Position numbers and translations under genes: made by a program. From the IMG/VR virus record IMGVR_UViG_3300009788_000087: a DNA stretch of 64,000 bases. The stretch is one strand, 5' to 3'. Each line of letters opens with the position of its first letter. Within the stretch, counting starts at the first letter, position 1. Positions 45,306-53,673 of the stretch are shown here, in pieces. The DNA is from a virus. The notes beneath the pieces were generated by a model. That model was not told where the DNA came from. It ran no database searches and was given only the letters and a program-made list of their open reading frames with translations.

Positions 45306-48300
45306 CTAGGAAGAATTCTTAGTGCTGTATCCTCTATAGAGATTTTCTTTAAGAATGCTATTCGTTTTTCTAAGGTCATTTTCAAATTTCTCTACTCTAG
45401 CCAACGAAGATTGCACATACTGACCGATTGGGTCGGGTTCATTTGATTCTGTCACATTCTCAGAAAATGGGTTTGATATCATTCTTTTTATTGATCTCAT
45501 ATCGAAAGGATCAGATGCTGTCTGTTTCTCAGTACCGAATACATGGTTAAACAAGTCTTCACTCGGGTCAAATAAGTCCTTACCCTTGTTAACTGATACC
45601 TCTGAGCTACAGCCGCGGCTTCCAGGGTTATGTCTTTCGTCACCTTCGCCAGACTCATCGATTTCACTTTTATCTTCTTCGCACTCATCTTCATCTTTTA
45701 ATAGAATAGGTGCCATCGATAATGTTAGTTCATCGTCATTCTGGTCATCGTAGTCGACGCCAGCTTCAAGTTCTTCTTCGCCGCCGAGTGATGTTGGCAG
45801 TTCTTCTTCTCCTGGTATTGCTTCACCGCCTGGCTCTGGTTCTGCTCCTGGTGCTGCACCTATGCTAGGTTCTTCTTCATCAGTCTCTGGTTCAGCAGTT
45901 ATGCCATCAAGCTCCATCTGGAATAACTTATCAGCGCGCATCTCATCCTGCATCTCTTCAATTTCTTGTTTCGACATGCCAAGGATGTCACGCCATGTCT
46001 GTGTCTTGCTGACCATGCCCTCCTGGACAGAACCTGCAATCTCAAGCTTTAGTCTCCATAGTTCAAGTTTCTGCTGCTCAGCAATCGTAGATGGATTAGC
46101 CATCTTAATATCATAATCGATTAGCTCGTTATCACGGAATCCAAGAAGATAAAGATGGATAATCGCGATTTTCATGAGCTCTGAGAGCACAATCTTCTGA
46201 ATTCGCTGAATTGTCCTTGAGAATCTAACATCTTCTTGCGCAAGTGTCGCTTTAGATCCCACATCACCCTCATATCCGAGGTACGCCTTTGGAATCTGAA
46301 GTGCTGCAAAGAGCTTATTCTGAATATACTCTACATCTTCGATATCGCCAGTGAATTGACCACCCGGCAATGTTGTAATGTCTGAACCCTTCCCGTCTCT
46401 TTGGGGCAGGAAGTAATCTTCATCGACAGAGAGAGGGTTGTAGCGAAGATCGACACGTCCTGTGGCTGCATCAATAATCTTGCTTCTCTTCAGTCTATTC
46501 TGGATCTGCTCCATCTCTGCTGGCACATCTTCTGGTTTGACGTTACCAACTTCAATCTTAAAGACTCTCCTCTCAGGAGACCTCACGATCCTGTAGACTA
46601 GCATTGCATCCTCGATGAGGATAAGCTGACGCCAAATGCGTCGTGCTGGTTCAATGATGCTAGCACCATATGGCAAGAAGTTATCATTACCCAGAAGTCT
46701 AAAATGAATGATCTGCCATGCTTCCAGGATCATGTTGCCCTGTGTCAGCCACCTGAATCGGAATGCGAACGGATTCTTTGGATCATAGCCTTCTTCCCTC
46801 TCTACCTCATTGATAGGAATCGGGAGCATGTTCAGAATTCCATTCTGCTCACTTGCATCCACGAACAATATGAAATCACCGTATTTGCACAGGTTTCTTA
46901 CCCACGAATGCAGGTTAAACTCGATATTAAGAATATCAAAGAACAGCGTCTCAAGAATATTCTTGATTTGTTGGTTATCAGACTCAATCTCGATCATGTG
47001 GCCTTTCTCATCCACATTCGTTACTTCATCTGCGTAGATATTCAGAGCAGAAGCAATCTCTGGAGTGTTATGTGATATTACTGAATCTGTTGCAAAGTTC
47101 TTGTATTTGTCAACTGTTAAATCATATACGTCTTCATGTCCATAATATTCAACAGACACAACCTTACAATTGTTGTAGTTTCTACAGAAGTCTGCAGTAC
47201 TCTTATAACCGTGTTGTTTAACTCTACCTTTAATTTTCATGGGCGTGACATCTAACTTTCTCACAAGATCCATGCCTTTCATGTTTGGTGTCCATGCATC
47301 ACAGATCATTTGAAACGTTAGAGAATCATCCCATCTTGGGTTTTTACTTCCTGCATTATCCCAACCGTGGTTTTTCCACTCGGAATTATATGTTTTCGCA
47401 AAGATCTCCCAATTAGCGAAACTATATCTTTTTAATTTTCTCTTTATAACATTGGGATCGGTATCAAAAACTTTGCATGTCTCATAGAGATTAAATCCGT
47501 TATTCTCAGCGGCTTGTAAAATCTTTGCAAATGTTATATCTCGACGCTCAGCAGGATTATTCTCCTTCATGAATTTCGAATGTTCACGTTTGAACTTCTC
47601 AATCCACTCACTATTCTTTTCGTAGTTCCACTTATGTTCTTTGTTATAAATAATCCTATGAAGACGTGAATGATCATCACGATTCATTATCTCAAGATTT
47701 TCTGGTCTATTATCAAACTTTAAGAAATTCTTATGATGGACTACTTCATTTTCTTCCATGATTCTATCAGAAGACCATTCAGCAATCATTTTATGTTCTG
47801 TCTGCCACCCGTTTTTCGTATCGGGTGTCATTGAATAGATATACTGATAGTGTTCTGTGTCAAATCTACCTTTAGGCGAACGAAATGAACGACGATAGAA
47901 TGGCATCATAGAATCACCAGCAACTAATCCACAGATCTTCCTATAAGATCCGTCTCTTAACATGAGTCTATGGTCAGATGTTCCTATGATTTCTTTTCCA
48001 TTATCGAATGTTACTTTCCACGCGTGTTCTGTTCTTGTTTTTCTAGCTTGCTTAGCTATAGCAGGAACAATCTGTCCAACTTCATGGTCATAAGAAAAAA
48101 CAACAAACTCTTTCTCAAGACCATATTCTTCAGCTAGTTCTTTAATTGTCTTATATCCACCAGGTACAGCTATAAGTGTACTTCCTAGAATGCAATATTC
48201 CATTTCTGAGTAATCTGCATACCTCGCCAGCCGCTCGTACTGTCCATATGATGCAAGAGAGTTAACGTAGAGCGACGAGAGCTCTTTTCTATACGCGCGT

Positions 48301-48425
48301 GCAGTGCCCTGAGGCTCGTACATTTTCGAGCTACTCGCGACCTTGTGGCGTACGACGGGACCGTTGCGGAACAGCCTAGTTAACTGAGCCCAGATACTCT
48401 CTTGTTGTCTAATCAGTGGTGGCAT
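45306..48425 (-). CDS. gp20: Portal protein, interrupted by an intein
   Basis: PEIASALNIYADE; KYGDF; YGASIIE.ARRIWRQL; RSPERRVF; EDYFLP; acidic tail. Confidence 0.95.
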   Translation of the reverse strand: MPPLIRQQESIWAQLTRLFRNGPVVRHKVASSSKMYEPQGTARAYRKELSSLYVNSLASYGQYERLARYADYSEMEYCILGSTLIAVPGGYKTIKELAEEYGLEKEFVVFSYDHEVGQIVPAIAKQARKTRTEHAWKVTFDNGKEIIGTSDHRLMLRDGSYRKICGLVAGDSMMPFYRRSFRSPKGRFDTEHYQYIYSMTPDTKNGWQTEHKMIAEWSSDRIMEENEVVHHKNFLKFDNRPENLEIMNRDDHSRLHRIIYNKEHKWNYEKNSEWIEKFKREHSKFMKENNPAERRDITFAKILQAAENNGFNLYETCKVFDTDPNVIKRKLKRYSFANWEIFAKTYNSEWKNHGWDNAGSKNPRWDDSLTFQMICDAWTPNMKGMDLVRKLDVTPMKIKGRVKQHGYKSTADFCRNYNNCKVVSVEYYGHEDVYDLTVDKYKNFATDSVISHNTPEIASALNIYADEVTNVDEKGHMIEIESDNQQIKNILETLFFDILNIEFNLHSWVRNLCKYGDFILFVDASEQNGILNMLPIPINEVEREEGYDPKNPFAFRFRWLTQGNMILEAWQIIHFRLLGNDNFLPYGASIIEPARRIWRQLILIEDAMLVYRIVRSPERRVFKIEVGNVKPEDVPAEMEQIQNRLKRSKIIDAATGRVDLRYNPLSVDEDYFLPQRDGKGSDITTLPGGQFTGDIEDVEYIQNKLFAALQIPKAYLGYEGDVGSKATLAQEDVRFSRTIQRIQKIVLSELMKIAIIHLYLLGFRDNELIDYDIKMANPSTIAEQQKLELWRLKLEIAGSVQEGMVSKTQTWRDILGMSKQEIEEMQDEMRADKLFQMELDGITAEPETDEEEPSIGAAPGAEPEPGGEAIPGEEELPTSLGGEEELEAGVDYDDQNDDELTLSMAPILLKDEDECEEDKSEIDESGEGDERHNPGSRGCSSEVSVNKGKDLFDPSEDLFNHVFGTEKQTASDPFDMRSIKRMISNPFSENVTESNEPDPIGQYVQSSLARVEKFENDLRKTNSILKENLYRGYSTKNSS
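47067..48194 (-). mobile_element. Intein (376 aa) with HNH endonuclease
   Basis: EMEY/CILGST start; HRLMLRDG; VYDLTVDKYKNF..ISHN/T end; VVHHKN..DNRPENL. Confidence 0.92.
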
Positions 48426-48433
48426 GTTCTATT

Positions 48434-48868
48434 TTAAATCTTCGAAATCTTGTCAATTATATTTTGATAAGATTTCTTATACTCTGGCGAAATTAATTCA
48501 TTGCTTTTAGCAATTTCAACCATTTTTTTTATCAATTTCCAATCTACATTTGAAGCTAACTTTGCATTTGTCGTATCATGTGTTACTTGTCCAGAACTAT
48601 TCGTAGATCTGCCATTCACAACAAAGCTAACAAGTTTTTTTCTATCTGAATCTGATATTTCTCCATCTAACCACGGAGCATCGGCACTACTGGCTAATGA
48701 AATTATTTGTTTCAATTCTTCTTTTGAAAAATGACTAGCTATGTCAGCTCCTGAATGTCTACACCCGGGATTTTTGCAATCTACATCATGCATTCCCACA
48801 TATGCACCTGGTTCCCCACATTCTGGACAGTCAGCTTCAAAGAGATATATGTTATGTATTTGCTTCAT
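48434..48868 (-). CDS. Zinc-ribbon protein with leader MKQIHNIYLFEA
   Basis: CPEC..CKNPGC after the leader. Confidence 0.6.
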   Translation of the reverse strand: MKQIHNIYLFEADCPECGEPGAYVGMHDVDCKNPGCRHSGADIASHFSKEELKQIISLASSADAPWLDGEISDSDRKKLVSFVVNGRSTNSSGQVTHDTTNAKLASNVDWKLIKKMVEIAKSNELISPEYKKSYQNIIDKISKI

Positions 48869-48869
48869 A

Positions 48870-49397
48870 CTACGATTTTACCATGTAACCCTTGATATAA
48901 TTAGCAGGAATATTAGAAGGATACATTACCTCTGCAAGTTCCCAATATCTAGGGTTTCCTTTGCCTTTCTTTTTCCATGTCTCATGGTCATAGATCCTGG
49001 TATCTCTCTTTGATGTAACGAATTTATCCCACATGTTCGACGGAAGCTGCACTACAATAACAGCTCTCTCACTCATCGGTGCGCTCTTGACAGCTTTAGA
49101 GCGCCTGAAATCCCTCTCGCCACCTGCTCCTGCCATTGCAGCATAGCCGCGTGCAGTAAACGGATCTAACGCTAAATAAACTCCGACACCTTTTGCTCCA
49201 TGGCCAGCCTGAAGTCCTCCCTTTGATATCTTATCGAGATTGCTAATGTGAGTACCATGAAATAAGATACCAGTGTCCTGCCACCAAGCGTTCTCATCGA
49301 ACGACCATGGCATCTCCCTCATGTTTAGTTCATCAAACTTCTCAATGATGAAGATCTCGTCAAGTCGTGGCCAACTCATTTGCTTGAAATCAACCAA
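48870..49397 (-). CDS. ADP-ribosyltransferase, H-Y-E type
   Basis: LFHGT, GVYLA.D..ARGYA, ELAEV..IPANYI; leader-like RLDEIFIIEK. Confidence 0.75.
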   Translation of the reverse strand: MVDFKQMSWPRLDEIFIIEKFDELNMREMPWSFDENAWWQDTGILFHGTHISNLDKISKGGLQAGHGAKGVGVYLALDPFTARGYAAMAGAGGERDFRRSKAVKSAPMSERAVIVVQLPSNMWDKFVTSKRDTRIYDHETWKKKGKGNPRYWELAEVMYPSNIPANYIKGYMVKS

Positions 49398-51061
49398 CCT
49401 AAATTTTCTACAGTACCATCAGGCAGCACTAGTTCGTACGGATTAACTCCTGGACTAGCAGATATCCTGTCATTTGCTTTAACAAATCTAGGATCCTTCG
49501 TAGCTCCCGGTATCTGAGTGTGATCTGTCACGTTTTTACTAATTAGACCCAACAATGTCTTGCTCATATCTTCAGTTAACATGTTTGGAGAAAGAAATGT
49601 TTCTTTTACCCAGCATGCAAGAGCCATGGAAATAACGAGATCATCGTTATAACCCTTCATTGCTTCAGGTTTGCCATTGTTCCAGATGAACTTTCTTAGT
49701 TCTTCAAGCATTCGATTTGATCGAATCGTTATGTTTCTCGTTCGAATATACTCCTCGAACTTCTGTAGCATTAGCGGTCTTGTGCGAACAGATGTCGTAA
49801 ACCCTGGAACATACTCTGTCATTGATGGAAGTGGCAGAGCTGCATTAAATGACTGCCCTGGCTTAAAGTCTCCCTTACGTGAGAAATAGATATTCTCATA
49901 TTCAGCTAACTTAATGTGTTCTAAGCATGCTAGCCCGACTGAATTGTTCTCTACAACAAGAAGTGCTCCATTATAGTCATTCCCTGTACGGACAAGTAAT
50001 TCCGCAAACTGATCAGGTGGAACTTTTGCATAGTACTCAGCATGCTGTGTCAGTGTGCCAATATCAAAGATATGTGCTCCAGAATAGTCATTCCCATCTC
50101 CTCTGGCAACATCTGCAGTAATCATATACTGAATCACTGGCTGCGGTGGTGTCCACACGTGGAGTTTTCTATCCCAGTTTTCGAATGAGACAGGTGGAAG
50201 AATTGTATTATCTTGGATCCACTGCATCTGTTCAGATGTGATAAAGTTATCACCAGATGCATTGAAGTTGCACTCAAGCTCCTGTGCAACCTCTCGCTTG
50301 TCCATTCCAGCTGTTTCTTTTTTGAACCAACTGCTTATCTTGTATCCGGGTCTTACTGGATCATCTTCAAGATCATTAATCCCATTCTCATCGATGACTC
50401 GCTCAGGATGCACATACCACATGAGCTTCGTTAATTTAAACTCATTCTCCCCCGTGTCAGCACCAACAAAAATCTTGTGGAACGTATTTCCGATGCCTTT
50501 CGGAGTCGACATCATTACGACACTACCACCAGCTGTAACAACCGGACGAAGACCAGTCCAGATCTCCTCCATGTTCTCAATATGAGCAGCTTCATCGATG
50601 ATTAGCAATGAACCTGCTTCTGAACGGCCAGCATCCTTGGCTGTTGAGACAGCCTTGATACGTGAACCATTTGTCAGCTCGATTGAGAATACGTTGTTTG
50701 CAACGACTGACGTGAGCATCAGCCATGCTGGTAGATTCTTGATCGCTGTGGCGACCTTGCGAATGATATTTCTCGCTGTCTCTTTCTTTGTTGCTATAAC
50801 GACGATATTCTTATCACGTCGGAATAACATCATCCATGTAGCATATGCAGCTGTGGTCTCAGAGATACCCAGCTGTCGTGCTTTTAGAATGCAGTTGAAG
50901 CGATTCTCTTGGTAGTCCTTTAGCAGGGTTGCTTGATAGTCGTACAAGTCAAAGGGAATTAATCCTCTGACTGGATGCTGAATCTTTACATAATTTCGTA
51001 TGAAATATTCAGGATCAGTGCCACACTTTATGATCTCAGCTTTTAAGGACTTCCTGTTCAA
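49376..51061 (-). CDS. gp17: Terminase large subunit
   Basis: KARQLGISET, LIIDEAAHI, STPKG, ADVARGDG.D, NDDLV. Confidence 0.95.
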   Translation of the reverse strand: MNRKSLKAEIIKCGTDPEYFIRNYVKIQHPVRGLIPFDLYDYQATLLKDYQENRFNCILKARQLGISETTAAYATWMMLFRRDKNIVVIATKKETARNIIRKVATAIKNLPAWLMLTSVVANNVFSIELTNGSRIKAVSTAKDAGRSEAGSLLIIDEAAHIENMEEIWTGLRPVVTAGGSVVMMSTPKGIGNTFHKIFVGADTGENEFKLTKLMWYVHPERVIDENGINDLEDDPVRPGYKISSWFKKETAGMDKREVAQELECNFNASGDNFITSEQMQWIQDNTILPPVSFENWDRKLHVWTPPQPVIQYMITADVARGDGNDYSGAHIFDIGTLTQHAEYYAKVPPDQFAELLVRTGNDYNGALLVVENNSVGLACLEHIKLAEYENIYFSRKGDFKPGQSFNAALPLPSMTEYVPGFTTSVRTRPLMLQKFEEYIRTRNITIRSNRMLEELRKFIWNNGKPEAMKGYNDDLVISMALACWVKETFLSPNMLTEDMSKTLLGLISKNVTDHTQIPGATKDPRFVKANDRISASPGVNPYELVLPDGTVENLGWLISSK

Positions 51062-51072
51062 AAGAAGTCTCC

Positions 51073-51483
51073 CTATAGCTCATATGTGCGTGACGACCTG
51101 TAGTAGTATCTATTATTTAATGAGACCTTCTCGACACTACCGCAACGCTCTGCTTTACGTTCTTTGAGCTTTAAGGCAGAACGAGTACGTGACTTGAAAT
51201 CAGCTTTCAAGCGCTTCTCGTACTCCTTGAGATATGTTTCTGCCTGAGCGTCGACCTCTTTTATTCTCGATGGAAGATCGATCTCAAAACAATGGTAGGT
51301 AACCGTCATTTGGTTACCATTGTGGAACTTTACTTTGAAGCCATAACCAGCATGATCCGAGATCATATCCTCGGTAATCTGGTTAATCATCGCGGTTTTA
51401 TCCGCAGTCTGCTCGTACGGTGTTCCTTGTACTTCGTAGCTCTCTACATTTGGCATGCTCGATTTCTCTCCTTGGAAAATCAA
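51073..51483 (-). CDS. Hypothetical protein
   Basis: AAGGAG upstream of the second ATG; precedes terminase. Confidence 0.55.
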   Translation of the reverse strand: MIFQGEKSSMPNVESYEVQGTPYEQTADKTAMINQITEDMISDHAGYGFKVKFHNGNQMTVTYHCFEIDLPSRIKEVDAQAETYLKEYEKRLKADFKSRTRSALKLKERKAERCGSVEKVSLNNRYYYRSSRTYEL

Positions 51484-51539
51484 TCAAGTCATGCATAAGT
51501 AGATACTTTTTTCTAAAAAAGCCGAAAAATTTAGTTCCT

Positions 51540-51776
51540 CTAACTATTTCCCTGCAGCATATCACTAAACTTTTCAATCGTTTTCTCATCTGGTCGCCAA
51601 CCGTCTTTCCACCTCTGTTCACGGCCTTCAACGAATTCAATAAAACAATGTGTGCAGCACTTATAATCATAATACGTGTGGTTTGACTTGCTTCCCTTCA
51701 TGATACTCCTGCATACAGGACACCACATAGGTACACGCAGTGATTTTCTCATTTCTTCATTCACTTGATCACCCAA
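51540..51776 (-). CDS. Small zinc-finger protein
   Basis: CPVC..CCTHC. Confidence 0.6.
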   Translation of the reverse strand: MGDQVNEEMRKSLRVPMWCPVCRSIMKGSKSNHTYYDYKCCTHCFIEFVEGREQRWKDGWRPDEKTIEKFSDMLQGNS

Positions 51777-52069
51777 AAACTAAATTTTTCAACCACATTT
51801 TTACCACTATCTGCAGCTGCTCTCAATCTTACCACACATACACCATCGGGTATTGTCTCATTGAGTACAAAAGTACAATTAACTTTTCTTCCCCACCTGC
51901 GTACGTCGACTTCCATAAGGTCATTATTCGCATCAAGTATCTTAACATCGACGTCATGACAGTTCTTGAATAGTTTTGGATTGAGGACTATCTTAAAACT
52001 GTATTCACATAATTCGTGATATGTCTCACGAAGATCAAAGACAACTATATTACCATCGAATTTCTTCAT
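51761..52069 (-). CDS. Hypothetical protein
   Basis: 102 aa coupled ORF. Confidence 0.5.
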   Translation of the reverse strand: MKKFDGNIVVFDLRETYHELCEYSFKIVLNPKLFKNCHDVDVKILDANNDLMEVDVRRWGRKVNCTFVLNETIPDGVCVVRLRAAADSGKNVVEKFSFWVIK

Positions 52070-52894
52070 CTATTGCCTCGAAAATGGAGACCACGAGTAA
52101 TTAATGGTCGTGTACCACCCTAAACTACTAGTATCAGAATCTGCCCAGACGCCGCCGGACAGATATACTGGTCCGACCGGATAAGATAAGCCAACGTATG
52201 GAATGATTCCTACTGAATGTATGTCCATGCCAAAGTCTAGGGAGATTTTCTCGTACCACCTTTCCTTGAAAATGAATGGATTGACCCCAGATAGTTTTAC
52301 GTCTAGGTCTACGTTGTCCTCGCTCGACGTAACATACGTTGTCCAATGACCATCTCTCGCTTGTGTAACACTTAAAGTCAAGAGCAGAGGACGCTTTTGC
52401 TTGATGCTTACCCAAGCGTGTGGAGGGTTTGTGAGTGTAAATCCCTCCACAGTGATATAACCGAAGTCATTATCAAAATCAACACGAACCCTATCATCAG
52501 TTGGATCGTCTGGATCATCTCCTGGAAGAGTTGTCTCTTTTGCATTAATTGCAGCCTCATATGCTTTCTTCCATGTCGCAGAAACTCGGCTTGCTACAAG
52601 GATCTCTTCATCACGTTTCTTAATTTGCTTACGAAGTTTCTTTATCGTCTCAGCGTCATGTTCGCCTTCAGCTTCAAAAGTCTTAAGAACATCTTCGAGA
52701 TTTTCTAACTCAACAGACTTCTTCTCAAATGCATTCTTGTGGATCTCAACTGTCTTTGTCGACATCGCAATATCGTTATGGAGCTCCACGATCTGTTTTC
52801 TATGAATACGTTGTTGTACCCACATTGTAAGACCCATTGCTATGATAGACACAACAAGAATTACAACAATATATTTCTGAAGCTTCTTTAACAT
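52070..52894 (-). CDS. Membrane-anchored coiled-coil protein (spanin-like, uncertain)
   Basis: N-terminal TM helix, coiled coil, beta-rich C-terminus; next to holin-like gene. Confidence 0.45.
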   Translation of the reverse strand: MLKKLQKYIVVILVVSIIAMGLTMWVQQRIHRKQIVELHNDIAMSTKTVEIHKNAFEKKSVELENLEDVLKTFEAEGEHDAETIKKLRKQIKKRDEEILVASRVSATWKKAYEAAINAKETTLPGDDPDDPTDDRVRVDFDNDFGYITVEGFTLTNPPHAWVSIKQKRPLLLTLSVTQARDGHWTTYVTSSEDNVDLDVKLSGVNPFIFKERWYEKISLDFGMDIHSVGIIPYVGLSYPVGPVYLSGGVWADSDTSSLGWYTTINYSWSPFSRQ

Positions 52895-52895
52895 G

Positions 52896-53162
52896 CTAGC
52901 TCTCTAGAGTTGTATCTTGATTTTTGGGATGCTCGGCACTAAACTTCTTATCAGTATAACGTCTTGAGACGTACGCACCCAGTGTCGGCGTAAGAACTGC
53001 TGCGATTTCTGCCGCCCCAATATCACCAAAAGAGTACGTATTGTCATTAAAGATGAGTGTACTACCAGCTAGCAATAGCTTGATGATAACAACTACGAAT
53101 CCCATCAGTGTTAATGTTAGGATTGCATCTGGATGACCGCTAGTATTCTTAATCCACCTCAT
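52896..53162 (-). CDS. Two-TM holin-like protein
   Basis: Two hydrophobic helices; LGAYVSRRYTDKK tail. Confidence 0.5.
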   Translation of the reverse strand: MRWIKNTSGHPDAILTLTLMGFVVVIIKLLLAGSTLIFNDNTYSFGDIGAAEIAAVLTPTLGAYVSRRYTDKKFSAEHPKNQDTTLES

Positions 53163-53392
53163 TAGTTCTTTTTCCTTTTCTTAATCCTGTATCCTCGATC
53201 GTGTTCTAAAAATTCCAGCTCTTCACCTTCATTAATGCCACCGTGTGTAAACCGCTCGCTGTATGTAATCTTCTCACCAGGTTTTAAAACATTCTTAGGT
53301 TTCCCAATTCTCTCTCGAGCAGAACCAATAAGGTCTTCGATCATCTTACCAAAACCACCTTCTTTACGAAACTTCAACCATTTATCTTTCAT
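53162..53392 (-). CDS. Hypothetical protein
   Basis: Coupled small ORF. Confidence 0.45.
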   Translation of the reverse strand: MKDKWLKFRKEGGFGKMIEDLIGSARERIGKPKNVLKPGEKITYSERFTHGGINEGEELEFLEHDRGYRIKKRKKN

Positions 53393-53673
53393 TATTCTTC
53401 TCCAAACAACTTAAAAGATACTGGAATTTGATATGCTGCATAGATTTGATTACGAATATATTCCATTTCGTCATTTAAACCCATAGGTTCATATTCCACA
53501 ATATGTTTTATTGTTACGTCATGTCGTTGGATCCATTCACCTGTATATTCAAGCGTTAAAGGATCATATTTTAATCTTCGCTTTAGTCTTGGAACCTTAT
53601 CACAATCATTTGAACAATAAAAAGAAGTAAATAACATCTTCAATTCTATTCCACAGTGTTTACAGTTATTCAT
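53392..53673 (-). CDS. Hypothetical protein with Cys cluster
   Basis: CKHC..YCSNDC. Confidence 0.5.
   Translation of the reverse strand: MNNCKHCGIELKMLFTSFYCSNDCDKVPRLKRRLKYDPLTLEYTGEWIQRHDVTIKHIVEYEPMGLNDEMEYIRNQIYAAYQIPVSFKLFGEE

Noticed and set aside
52070-53162. Complete lysis cassette
   Set aside because: Holin-like and spanin-like calls rest only on hydrophobicity, and no endolysin is present in the window
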